Below, in pieces: positions 28,483 through 37,338 of a stretch of 64,000 bases of DNA (positions within the stretch are counted from its first letter, which is position 1; the number at the start of each line of letters is the position of its first letter). Source of the stretch: Ruminococcus sp. GTDB lineage: Bacteria > Bacillota > Clostridia > Oscillospirales > Ruminococcaceae. Location: assembly GCA_015066935.1 (NCBI GenBank), contig SVNK01000010.1:2159-66158 (forward strand). Direction: 5' to 3'. A program made the translations under genes and the position numbers. The notes under the pieces are model-generated. The model was not told the DNA's origin. It ran no database searches and worked only from the letters and a program-made list of their open reading frames with translations.

Positions 28483-29547
28483 TTGGACAGATTGAAAAAA
28501 CTTTTTGAAAATTTCAGCGGAGCCGACTGTGCACTTATAACATCGGATATTAACCGACGTTATTTTACGGGGATGAAGTCTTCGGCAGGCACGGTTCTGG
28601 TGTTTCCAGATAAGGCATATCTGCTGATAGATTTCCGGTACATTGAAAAGGCGAGGGAGACTGTTTCCGACGCCGAGGTAATCGAACAGAAAAAGCTGTA
28701 TCCTCAGATTATGGAGCTTGTAAAGCGACACGGTGCAAAAACGATGGCGATTGAATCTGAGACAATGACTGTCCGTGAACTGAATGCTTACCGCCATTTC
28801 TTCAGAGAGCTTGATATAGACGATTCCGACGCACTCAGCAATGCAATCAATGCCATGAGGTCTGTGAAGGATGAGGAGGAGCTTCTCTGTATAAGAAAAG
28901 CACAGGAAATTGCCGAAAAAGCGTATGGCGAGCTGCTGAATTTTCTTCGTGCGGGAGTTACGGAGCGTCAGGCGGCTCTGGAGCTTAACAGACTTATGTT
29001 TGAATACGGTGCGGAGGATATTTCCTTTGACACGATTGTGCTTTCGGGAGCCAATACCTCGATGCCGCACGGAGTTCCGTCCGATAAGCCGATGACAGAC
29101 GGCGAGTTCGTGCTGATGGACTTCGGAGCTGTATGGAACGGCTATCACAGCGACATGACAAGGACGGTCTGTATCGGAAAACCTACGGATGAAATGGAGA
29201 GGGTCTATAATATAGTTCTTGAGGCTCAGCTTGCGGCGATTGAGGCTGCACGTCCGGGAATTACAGGGTGCGAACTTGACGGTATTGCACGTAAAATCAT
29301 TGAAAATTCAGGCTACGGAGAATGTTTCGGACATTCTCTCGGACACGGAGTAGGACTTGAAATTCACGAAAAGCCGAATGCTTCGCCAAATTATGCAGCT
29401 GTCCTTAAAAAAGGCGAGATAATTACTGTAGAACCGGGAATATATATCGCAGGAAAGTTCGGAGTAAGAATTGAGGATTTTGTCATTTTGACTGAAAATG
29501 GCTGTGATAATCTGACGAAATGTGCAAAAAACATAATATATTTATAA
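28483..29547 (+). CDS. Xaa-Pro aminopeptidase (M24B)
   Basis: Metal ligand motifs are present (DFGAVWNGYHSDMTRT, HSLGHGVGLEIHE, EPGIY). The start is TTG 28483 or GTG 28474, after GAGGTG. Confidence 0.85.
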   Translation: MDRLKKLFENFSGADCALITSDINRRYFTGMKSSAGTVLVFPDKAYLLIDFRYIEKARETVSDAEVIEQKKLYPQIMELVKRHGAKTMAIESETMTVRELNAYRHFFRELDIDDSDALSNAINAMRSVKDEEELLCIRKAQEIAEKAYGELLNFLRAGVTERQAALELNRLMFEYGAEDISFDTIVLSGANTSMPHGVPSDKPMTDGEFVLMDFGAVWNGYHSDMTRTVCIGKPTDEMERVYNIVLEAQLAAIEAARPGITGCELDGIARKIIENSGYGECFGHSLGHGVGLEIHEKPNASPNYAAVLKKGEIITVEPGIYIAGKFGVRIEDFVILTENGCDNLTKCAKNIIYL

Positions 29548-29564
29548 GAAAATCGTTTTAGGTA

Positions 29565-29593
29565 TTGCAATATAAAGGATTATGTGGTAAAAT
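29565..29593 (+). promoter_or_regulatory. Sigma-A promoter (extended -10) of efp
   Basis: TTGCAA, 17-nt spacer ending in TGg, TAAAAT. Confidence 0.6.
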
Positions 29594-29629
29594 GTATACA
29601 TATAATAATGTCAATACGGAGGTATTTAT

Positions 29630-30187
29630 ATGATTTCAGCAGGAGATTTCAGAAACGGCGTTACTTTTGAGCTCGACGGACAGGTTGTTCAGGTTGTTGA
29701 ATTCCAGCACGTTAAGCCCGGTAAAGGCGCTGCTTTTGTAAGAACAAAATACAAGAATGTAATTACAGGTTCAGTTGTTGAAACTTCCTTTAACCCTACT
29801 GCAAAGTTCCCCACAGCATACGTTGAGAGAAAGGATATGCAGTACAGCTACAATGACGGTGATCTCTACTACTTCATGGATATGGAGACATACGAGCAGG
29901 TTCCGATCAGTGCTTCTGTTCTTACAGACAGCTTCAAGTTCGTTAAGGAAGAAATGATCTGTAAGATTCTTTCATATAAGGGTAATGTATTCGGAGTAGA
30001 GCCTCCTAACTTCGTAGAGCTCGTTGTAACACAGACAGACCCCGGATTCAAGGGCGATACTGCTACAAACGCTACAAAGCCTGCAACTGTTGAAACAGGC
30101 GCAGAGGTTAAGGTTCCCCTCTTTATCAACGAGGGCGAGAAGATTCAGATCGACACAAGAACAGGTGAATATATGGCAAGAGCATAA
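29630..30187 (+). CDS. efp: Elongation factor P
   Basis: [32 protein letters not shown]. Confidence 0.95.
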   Translation: MISAGDFRNGVTFELDGQVVQVVEFQHVKPGKGAAFVRTKYKNVITGSVVETSFNPTAKFPTAYVERKDMQYSYNDGDLYYFMDMETYEQVPISASVLTDSFKFVKEEMICKILSYKGNVFGVEPPNFVELVVTQTDPGFKGDTATNATKPATVETGAEVKVPLFINEGEKIQIDTRTGEYMARA

Positions 30188-30229
30188 GCTCTGCTTAAAA
30201 AAATTATAATCCGGAAGGGAGGAGCTTTT

Positions 30230-30715
30230 ATGAAGCTTACAGAAAAAATGTCTTATTTGCAGGGACTGCTTGACGGTCTTGATCTGGACAAATCCACAAA
30301 AGAGGGCAAGGCACTCGTTCAGATGTCTGAGGTAATGCATGAGCTGGTGCTCTATGTTGAGGACCTTCAGTCTCAGGTAGACGAGCTTACAGAGCTTTGC
30401 GATATTCTTGATGAGGATCTCGGAGCTGTTGAGGACGACTTCTATGATGAGGAAGACTTCGACGATGACGATGACGACGATGAAGAAGATGATGAGTGGG
30501 ATGATGATGACTTCGACGATGAAGACTTTGATGACGATGAGCTTTACGAAGTTACCTGTCCCGGCTGCGGTGATACAATCCTTCTTGACGAGGGAATGCT
30601 TGAGGAGGGTTCGCTGAACTGTCCCAACTGCAACGAGCTTCTTGAATTTGACCTTGATGATCTCGTTATCGAAGATGACGAAGATGAGGAAGAGTCTGAT
30701 AAGAAGGAAGACTGA
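30230..30715 (+). CDS. Acidic zinc-ribbon protein (CD1247 N-terminal-domain-like)
   Basis: It has an N-terminal helical domain, a poly-D/E linker, and the pairs CPGCG..CPNCN. Confidence 0.55.
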   Translation: MKLTEKMSYLQGLLDGLDLDKSTKEGKALVQMSEVMHELVLYVEDLQSQVDELTELCDILDEDLGAVEDDFYDEEDFDDDDDDDEEDDEWDDDDFDDEDFDDDELYEVTCPGCGDTILLDEGMLEEGSLNCPNCNELLEFDLDDLVIEDDEDEEESDKKED

Positions 30716-30783
30716 TTATAAAAATAATGACGTCACTCAGTCTGATTCCATTCGTGGTTACTGAGACGGCAAAAAATGTACAG

Positions 30784-30817
30784 CAGGCGTATGAAAAATG
30801 CATACGCCTGTTTTTTT
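30784..30817 (+). terminator. Intrinsic terminator
   Basis: Hairpin caggcgtatg-aaaaatg-catacgcctg followed by T7. Confidence 0.8.
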
Positions 30818-30831
30818 ATACCGATTCAAAG

Positions 30832-30875
30832 AAAAATCCCCTGAATCTGAAATGCAGTTCAGACAGGGGATTTTA
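30832..30875 (-). terminator. Intrinsic terminator for the minus-strand lipoprotein gene
   Basis: tcccctg..cagggga hairpin flanked by an A-run and a T-run. Confidence 0.7.
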
Positions 30876-30880
30876 GTGCT

Positions 30881-32143
30881 TTAATACAGTCTTTTTACGA
30901 GGAAGTCTTCATCATAGCGGCTGTTGAAGTATGCTTTTGTCATATCGTAGGAAGAGGCGTCGGTTCTTTCCGTAAAAATGCTGTTATATATTGAGTAAAG
31001 TGAACTTTCATCTGCGTCGGGATGGAGCGTGTTATAGTATTCGGTCAGTATCTGCGACATTTCAGCTCTGATTTCTACAGTTGTTTCAATGACTGCATCG
31101 AAATCGCAGTTTGATTCTTCCCATTTGTTTTCCCATTCAGAAATCAGCTCATATAGTCGCTGTATTTTAGTTTCATCGGGAATAATTTTAAGGAGTTCGG
31201 CTTCAATAATCGAATTGTCAGAGAAACTGTATGCCTCCAGAACCTTATCTTTGCCGATTACTTCGATTAACATTTTCAGATACGTAACCCGCTGGTCCTG
31301 ACAAGAATATATATCGCCGTTGTTATACTCTTTTTCAAGGAGGACTGTCATTCCCTCGTTAAAAAAGCTGAATATATTGTCGATTTTGCTTGATACTGCG
31401 ATATGCAGAATCTCATGCTTTATCATATCGAACACATTGTAATCAACGTAAGAAAGTCCTGTTTCTTCATATTCGGGCGAAGAATAATAGCCTTCTGTCT
31501 GCTCATCGGTTACCAATATGTAAAATTCAATCTTGTTCATATACGAATCTGTTGCCGCACCATAGAAAAAGCCCTCATCATTCTCGCCGAAAGTCTGAGT
31601 TTCTATTTGCAGGTTCAGGAGTTTTTCATAGATTTCTTGTTTTGGCAGATAAGTATTATCGTTGAAATATTCAATTATATGAAAGAGCCATTTTTTATAT
31701 TTATAGTCGATGTTCTGATTTGAAAGTAAGGCACTCATCAGAAGCTTTGCTTCTGTGGAGGGCGCATAGTCTTCACCGTAAATGTATTCGATTTCTTCGT
31801 CTATGAGTTGCATTTGCTCAGCATAGACTTCGGGTTCGCAGACCACTTCGTTTTCGAGAAAAACATTCTCAGCCAGTGGTTTGAAGTTTTTATAGAAATC
31901 GTCGGGATTTCTTTCGTGAATCGATTCTGTTTCGGGTTCGGTTGCAATCTGAGTTGTGGATTGGGGTGGAGTTTGCGTAGTTGCTTCGGTTGGAGCAGCT
32001 GTTTCGGTAATGGAAGTGGTTGCAGTGGTTGCTGAAGTTTCTTCAATAACCGAAGTCCTGTCGCTTTCATTACGATTGGAACAGGCAGATAAATGCAGAG
32101 CCGCCAGAGAAAGGCAGATTATTCTGATTAAAATATTCTTCAT
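30881..32143 (-). CDS. Lipoprotein with HExxH motif (putative zinc metallopeptidase)
   Basis: The lipobox is MKNILIRIICLSLAALHLSAC. A T/P/E-rich linker follows, then HEILH with NEG 16 residues downstream. The gene is AT-rich. The listed ORF start at 32260 is probably too far upstream. Confidence 0.5.
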   Translation of the reverse strand: MKNILIRIICLSLAALHLSACSNRNESDRTSVIEETSATTATTSITETAAPTEATTQTPPQSTTQIATEPETESIHERNPDDFYKNFKPLAENVFLENEVVCEPEVYAEQMQLIDEEIEYIYGEDYAPSTEAKLLMSALLSNQNIDYKYKKWLFHIIEYFNDNTYLPKQEIYEKLLNLQIETQTFGENDEGFFYGAATDSYMNKIEFYILVTDEQTEGYYSSPEYEETGLSYVDYNVFDMIKHEILHIAVSSKIDNIFSFFNEGMTVLLEKEYNNGDIYSCQDQRVTYLKMLIEVIGKDKVLEAYSFSDNSIIEAELLKIIPDETKIQRLYELISEWENKWEESNCDFDAVIETTVEIRAEMSQILTEYYNTLHPDADESSLYSIYNSIFTERTDASSYDMTKAYFNSRYDEDFLVKRLY

Positions 32144-32351
32144 AGACAGCAGAATCCTTCGTTGATGTTGATAGTATAAATTAATTATACACCGAATCTG
32201 AGGAAATGTAAAGAGGAGACAGAGCTTAAATACCGTTGGAATGTTTTTTCTGTATTGCAAAAATGATTCGTATGTGGTAAAATAGAGTAAACTGAATCGT
32301 CCGCAGAATGTGCGGTATGGTTGTAATGATGTCTGACAGGAGATTTATGAT

Positions 32352-33020
32352 ATGAAAGGTAAGCTTATTGTTATAGAGGGACTTGACGGAAGCGGAAAGG
32401 CTACACAGTCTGAAAAGCTGTGCACGGCACTGACGGAACACGGAGTAAATGTGCGGAAGGTATCATTTCCGAATTATGAAAGTCCGTCTTCGGCACTTGT
32501 AAAGATGTATCTTGGCGGTGAATTCGGTACAGACCCGGATTCGGTGAATCCGTACGCAGCGTCGAGCTTCTATGCCTGCGACCGTTTTGCCGGCTATAAA
32601 AGTGACTGGGGAGAGTTTTATGAGAACGGCGGGGTAATTGTTGCCGACCGTTATACAACATCCAATGCGATTCATCAGTGCTCAAAGCTTCCGAAAGAAA
32701 AATGGGATGGCTTCATAAAATGGTTGTTTGACTATGAATACAGACTTATGGGGATTCCCGAGCCTGACTGCGTGGTATATCTTCGCATGGAGACGGAAGC
32801 GAGTCAGAAGCTTATGAGCGGACGTTACAACAATGATGAATCAAAAAAGGATATACACGAAAAAAATGTCGGTTATCTGAATAATTCAAGAATCGCAGCA
32901 GACTATTGTTCGGATGTGCTTGGATGGAAAATCGTTGAATGTTCTTCGGACGGCACAGTACGTCCCGTTGAAGAGATAGGCGGGGATGTTTTCAACATAG
33001 TGAAAGACATCGTATTGTGA
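32352..33020 (+). CDS. tmk: Thymidylate kinase
   Basis: MKGKLIVIEGLDGSGKATQ P-loop; DRY motif. Confidence 0.85.
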   Translation: MKGKLIVIEGLDGSGKATQSEKLCTALTEHGVNVRKVSFPNYESPSSALVKMYLGGEFGTDPDSVNPYAASSFYACDRFAGYKSDWGEFYENGGVIVADRYTTSNAIHQCSKLPKEKWDGFIKWLFDYEYRLMGIPEPDCVVYLRMETEASQKLMSGRYNNDESKKDIHEKNVGYLNNSRIAADYCSDVLGWKIVECSSDGTVRPVEEIGGDVFNIVKDIVL

Positions 33021-33052
33021 CCGAAAAATGTGCAGTTTTCATAAATAGTTAA

Positions 33053-33081
33053 TTGACATTTTGACGAAAATGAGTTATAAT
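33053..33081 (+). promoter_or_regulatory. Sigma-A promoter of the EAL-protein gene
   Basis: TTGACA, 17-nt spacer, TATAAT. Confidence 0.6.
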
Positions 33082-33163
33082 GGTATTGATATAACTGAAT
33101 GATTCTTGGTTTTCTGCATACCGTGAATGCAGAGCCGTATAAATAACGGTTGAAGGAGGATTA

Positions 33164-35896
33164 ATGAGCATTTTCGATTTAAGCAAAAGACCTCCCGAAT
33201 TAAGCCATGATTGGCTGGTTTTTCAGCAATTTGTGGGAAATATCGGCGTTTTCACCTACTTGGCAAAGGAGAAGACAGCATATTTTGACGCTGCTGCCTG
33301 TCGTCTGCTATCATGTTCCGGAGAAGAGATGAACGAGTTCGATTTCTTCAATCTTCTTGAAAGCATTTCAAAGAATCCCGTTGAGGGACAGAAACATATC
33401 TACCGCTTTACAGAAAAAAATGTCACACGATACATAAAAATGAATATTTATGAGAGCAGCAACGAATGGCTCGGATTTGTGCAGGATTTCACACGTCAGA
33501 TTACAGAGGCGGATAATCAAAAGAATTTCGTTGAGTATGACCCGATTACACGTCTGCCGTCGTATCCGTTCTCTTCGCAGAAGATAAAAAAACTTCTGCC
33601 TGAGCTGAAAAGCTGCTGTCTTGCGACGATATGCATTAACGGCATTGATAAGCTCGGCTCGTATCTTACCGTTGACAATACCAATAACTGCATAACTTCT
33701 GTAGCGGAGGTTATAAAAAACTTTTCCGGCGACAATCTTATTATCGGTTCGAAATCAAATTACGAAATATGTGCGTTTTTCCTCAATACCGATAAAAAGA
33801 CCATATATGACATCCTGAACAGTATGGATGAGGCTGTAAGAGACTGTGTGCTTACCGATGATTTCGGTGAAATTATCGACATTTCCGACAGCAGTGAACT
33901 CAGCCTGTCAATCGGCTGTGCGTCGTATCCCGAGGAAGCTGCCGATTTCAATATGCTTGTGAACTATTCTGAGTTCGCTCTTTACGAGGCACGTACCGAC
34001 TGCCGCACCGTTACAAACTGGTTTTCGAAGGAAAATTATCTGCGTGAAAAGGATTCGTACAGAAATGCACAGCTTTTCATGAGAATTGTGCAGGAGAATC
34101 TGCTTACATATTATCTGCAGCCTATTGTTGAGGCACAGACGGGAGAAATTGTTGCGTATGAAGCTCTTATGAGAACAACAGGCGATATAAAAATGACTCC
34201 CAAACAGATTCTTGCTATTGCGGCAAGTCAGAACAATCTTTATGCCATAGAGCGTCTGACTTTCTTCAACGTAATGAAGCTTCTCAGCGACAATCAGCAG
34301 GTCTTCAAGGACAGAAAAATGTTCATCAACTGTATTCCTGATTCGCTTCTGACAGATGAGGATTTCAACGAGCTTTACCTCACATACGGCGAACTCCTTG
34401 AAAAAATGGTTGTAGAGATGGTAGAGGACGGCGTTGCTTCCGTTGAGGGACTTGAAAAGCTGAAAAAGCGCCTGAGTCTTTCAAGAGCAAAGCTTGCGGT
34501 TGACGATTATGGTTCGGGCTATTCAAATTCTTCGAATCTGCTTAAATATTCTCCCGACTATGTAAAGATTGACCGTTCACTGATATGCGATATACAGAAT
34601 GACATGAAGAAACAGCAGCTTGTTACTTCGATTATTGAATTCTGTCAGGAGAACCAGATACAGTCGCTTGCAGAAGGCGTTGAGACGGTTCAGGAGCTTA
34701 AAACAGTGATACGTCTCGGAGTTGACCTTGTTCAGGGCTACTTCACTTCAAAGCCGAAGCCGCTGTTTCTCAATAATATTGCGGATGACGTAAAGGATGT
34801 CATCATCAAGACGAATCTTGAGGTGCGTCCCGAAGGCGTAAAGAAAATCTACTCGGCTCATAACGATAAGGAAATCGACCTTATCAGACTGGCACTCGAA
34901 AAATACACCGATATCCACGTTTATCAGAGCAAGCTTACTATTGTCGGTGATCCCGATAAGGCTGTAAAGATGAATATCTCAATTATGGATAATCACAGCT
35001 GTGAGCTTACATTAAAGAATGTCAATATTACAAGCTGCAACGGAAAACCGACGATTTCTGTCGGTGAGTATGCGAGACTTGTGCTGAATGTTGTCAAGAA
35101 CAACAAGCTGAGCTATGCTGGAATCCACGTTCCCAAGGGTTCGCAGTTCGAGCTTGTGGGCAAGGGTTATCTGACGATAGACTGCTTTGCACCGCAGGGC
35201 TTCGGAATCGGAAGCGACCTTGAACATGGCTACGGTGACATTACAATAAACACAAGCGGAAATCTTGTGATAGTCTCAAACAGTACGCAGGCTGTGTGCA
35301 TCGGAGGAGGCTATAACGATGAGGAATCCGAAATCAGACTTGAATCGGGCGACATCAAGATGAATATGTACGCTCATGACGGACTGGCTGTCGGAAGCTT
35401 CAACGGTGACTCGATTATTGACATCTCAGAAAAATGCAGCCTTGATATTGCTATATCAGGAATAGTTGCAGGTATCGGAAGCTACAGGGGCTCCGCTTCG
35501 GTGACCTCTGCCGCTGATATAAATATGACATGTACAGGTGCTCATACAGTAGGAATAGGAGTTCTTGAGGACGGCGAAGGAAGTATACTTATCCGTCAGG
35601 GTACAATCAGCATCAAGCTTCGCTCAGCACAAAACGCTGCTATCGGAGCAATGGGAGGAAGTATCAATACAAAGATAAAGAATGCCGAAATCAATATTGA
35701 TGCCGAGGGTGACGAAGTTGCCGGAATCGGTGATTCAAAGGGTACCGGCAGTGTTACGATTGTCGATTCTACCGTGAATATGAAGCTGCTTGCAGGTACA
35801 CCGAGAGACATCGGAACGGAAAGCGGCGATGTTCAGGTACAGAATTCAACGGTAAATGCTCTTGTAAACAACAAGAGAGTCTCCTACAGCAATTGA
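33164..35896 (+). CDS. EAL-domain c-di-GMP phosphodiesterase with N-terminal sensor and degenerate GGDEF-like region and a C-terminal repetitive beta-solenoid-like domain
   Basis: EAL motifs are present: YEALMR, DDYGSGYSN, KIDRS, EGVET and QGY. No GGDEF signature is seen. The C-terminal ~365 aa contain periodic (V/A)(G/C)IG-type repeats. Confidence 0.75.
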   Translation: MSIFDLSKRPPELSHDWLVFQQFVGNIGVFTYLAKEKTAYFDAAACRLLSCSGEEMNEFDFFNLLESISKNPVEGQKHIYRFTEKNVTRYIKMNIYESSNEWLGFVQDFTRQITEADNQKNFVEYDPITRLPSYPFSSQKIKKLLPELKSCCLATICINGIDKLGSYLTVDNTNNCITSVAEVIKNFSGDNLIIGSKSNYEICAFFLNTDKKTIYDILNSMDEAVRDCVLTDDFGEIIDISDSSELSLSIGCASYPEEAADFNMLVNYSEFALYEARTDCRTVTNWFSKENYLREKDSYRNAQLFMRIVQENLLTYYLQPIVEAQTGEIVAYEALMRTTGDIKMTPKQILAIAASQNNLYAIERLTFFNVMKLLSDNQQVFKDRKMFINCIPDSLLTDEDFNELYLTYGELLEKMVVEMVEDGVASVEGLEKLKKRLSLSRAKLAVDDYGSGYSNSSNLLKYSPDYVKIDRSLICDIQNDMKKQQLVTSIIEFCQENQIQSLAEGVETVQELKTVIRLGVDLVQGYFTSKPKPLFLNNIADDVKDVIIKTNLEVRPEGVKKIYSAHNDKEIDLIRLALEKYTDIHVYQSKLTIVGDPDKAVKMNISIMDNHSCELTLKNVNITSCNGKPTISVGEYARLVLNVVKNNKLSYAGIHVPKGSQFELVGKGYLTIDCFAPQGFGIGSDLEHGYGDITINTSGNLVIVSNSTQAVCIGGGYNDEESEIRLESGDIKMNMYAHDGLAVGSFNGDSIIDISEKCSLDIAISGIVAGIGSYRGSASVTSAADINMTCTGAHTVGIGVLEDGEGSILIRQGTISIKLRSAQNAAIGAMGGSINTKIKNAEINIDAEGDEVAGIGDSKGTGSVTIVDSTVNMKLLAGTPRDIGTESGDVQVQNSTVNALVNNKRVSYSN

Positions 35897-35948
35897 TTAT
35901 TCAGCTGACGGAGTATATATTTAATATAGGAAGGTATGTTATAAAACA

Positions 35949-37043
35949 ATGAAGCTTGGAATGGTTGGTCTGCCGAATGTCGGCAAAAGCACACTTTTTA
36001 ATGCACTCACAAATGCAGGAGCAGAATCTGCGAATTATCCCTTCTGCACTATCGAAAAAAACGTGGGAATCGTTTCGGTTCCGGATGAAAGACTCGATAA
36101 GCTTGCGGAAATGTACGAGCCTGATAAATTTACTCCGGCAGTACTTGAGTTTGTGGATATTGCAGGACTTGTAAAAGGTGCTTCCAAAGGTGAGGGTCTT
36201 GGCAATAAATTTCTTGCGGATATCCGTGAGGTGGATGCAATTGTCCACGTTGTAAGATGCTTTGAGGACCCGAACATCATTCACGTTGACGGCAGTATCA
36301 ATCCTCTCAGAGATATCGAGACAATAAATCTTGAACTTATTTTCTCGGACATCGAAATGGTTGACAGACGTATCGACCGTGCAAAGAAAGCTGCGAAGGG
36401 TGATAAGAAGTATCTCGTCGAGATAGACTTCCTTGAGCGTCTCAAGACTCATCTTGAGAACGGAAAGTCTGCAAGAGGCTTTGATTTTACAGATGATGAG
36501 CGTGAGCTGATAAAGTCCACACCGCTTCTTTCCGCAAAGCCTGTTATCTATGCCGCAAACCTAAGCGAGGACGACTTCGTGAATAATATCGAGACAAACG
36601 AAAATTATAAGAAGGTTCGTGAGCTTGCGGCAGAGGAACGCTCGGCGGTTCTTCCCATCTGTGCCCAGATAGAGGCTGAAATTTCCGATATGGGTGACGA
36701 GGACAAGGCGATGTTCCTGAGTGAACTCGGACTTGAAGTATCGGGACTCAACCGAATCATAAAGGAGGGGTATTCACTCCTCGGACTTATCTCGTATCTC
36801 ACCGCAGGCAAGCAGGAGGTAAGAGCTTGGACCATTACAGATGGCACGAAAGCTCCTCAGGCGGCAGGAAAAATCCATACTGATTTTGAGAAGGGATTTA
36901 TCCGTGCAGAGGTTATTTCCTTTGATGACCTGATGGAGTGCGGTACGATGGCGGCAGCGAAGGAAAAAGGACTTGTCCGTCTTGAGGGCAAGGAGTACGT
37001 TATGAAGGACGGAGACATCGTTCTGTTCAGATTCAACGTCTGA
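35949..37043 (+). CDS. ychF: Redox-regulated ATPase YchF
   Basis: GLPNVGKSTLFNALT, DIAGLVKGAS, C-terminal TGS-like end. Confidence 0.95.
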   Translation: MKLGMVGLPNVGKSTLFNALTNAGAESANYPFCTIEKNVGIVSVPDERLDKLAEMYEPDKFTPAVLEFVDIAGLVKGASKGEGLGNKFLADIREVDAIVHVVRCFEDPNIIHVDGSINPLRDIETINLELIFSDIEMVDRRIDRAKKAAKGDKKYLVEIDFLERLKTHLENGKSARGFDFTDDERELIKSTPLLSAKPVIYAANLSEDDFVNNIETNENYKKVRELAAEERSAVLPICAQIEAEISDMGDEDKAMFLSELGLEVSGLNRIIKEGYSLLGLISYLTAGKQEVRAWTITDGTKAPQAAGKIHTDFEKGFIRAEVISFDDLMECGTMAAAKEKGLVRLEGKEYVMKDGDIVLFRFNV

Positions 37044-37094
37044 GTAAAAGACTATCATGTGTTTTATTCGCTTCAACGGAATATAATAATATAG

Positions 37095-37197
37095 CAGTGG
37101 ACAAAATGAGGCGTAAAGGCACATTTTTCACAAAATATTACTGACATTTTATATGTTATGGGGTTATTTGCTGAAAAAATCTTCATTTTGTCCACTG
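37095..37197. repeat. 103-bp unit bounded by perfect 15-bp inverted repeats (MITE-like element or long hairpin)
   Basis: cagtggacaaaatga at 37095-37109 and its exact reverse complement tcattttgtccactg at 37183-37197. Confidence 0.7.
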
Positions 37198-37214
37198 TTT
37201 CTGCAAAATGTGGG

Positions 37215-37243
37215 TTGTAACAATTCATTAATAATTGTACAAT
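37215..37243 (+). promoter_or_regulatory. Sigma-A-type promoter of the GH10/GH43 gene
   Basis: TTGTAA, 17-nt spacer, TACAAT. The -10 lies inside the 10-bp palindrome attgtacaat. Confidence 0.5.
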
Positions 37244-37338
37244 AATTATATATTGTACGGCAATAACCACTTCAGGGGATACGGACTTCAATCCGGCACT
37301 GATTTTGCCGGTAAATGACTTCCAAGGAGGAATGAAAG

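Noticed and set aside
28345-29148. 267-aa minus-strand ORF overlapping aroQ and the Xaa-Pro aminopeptidase gene.
   Set aside because: It is antisense to genes with clear catalytic motifs. It is R/C/H-rich with no recognisable domain.
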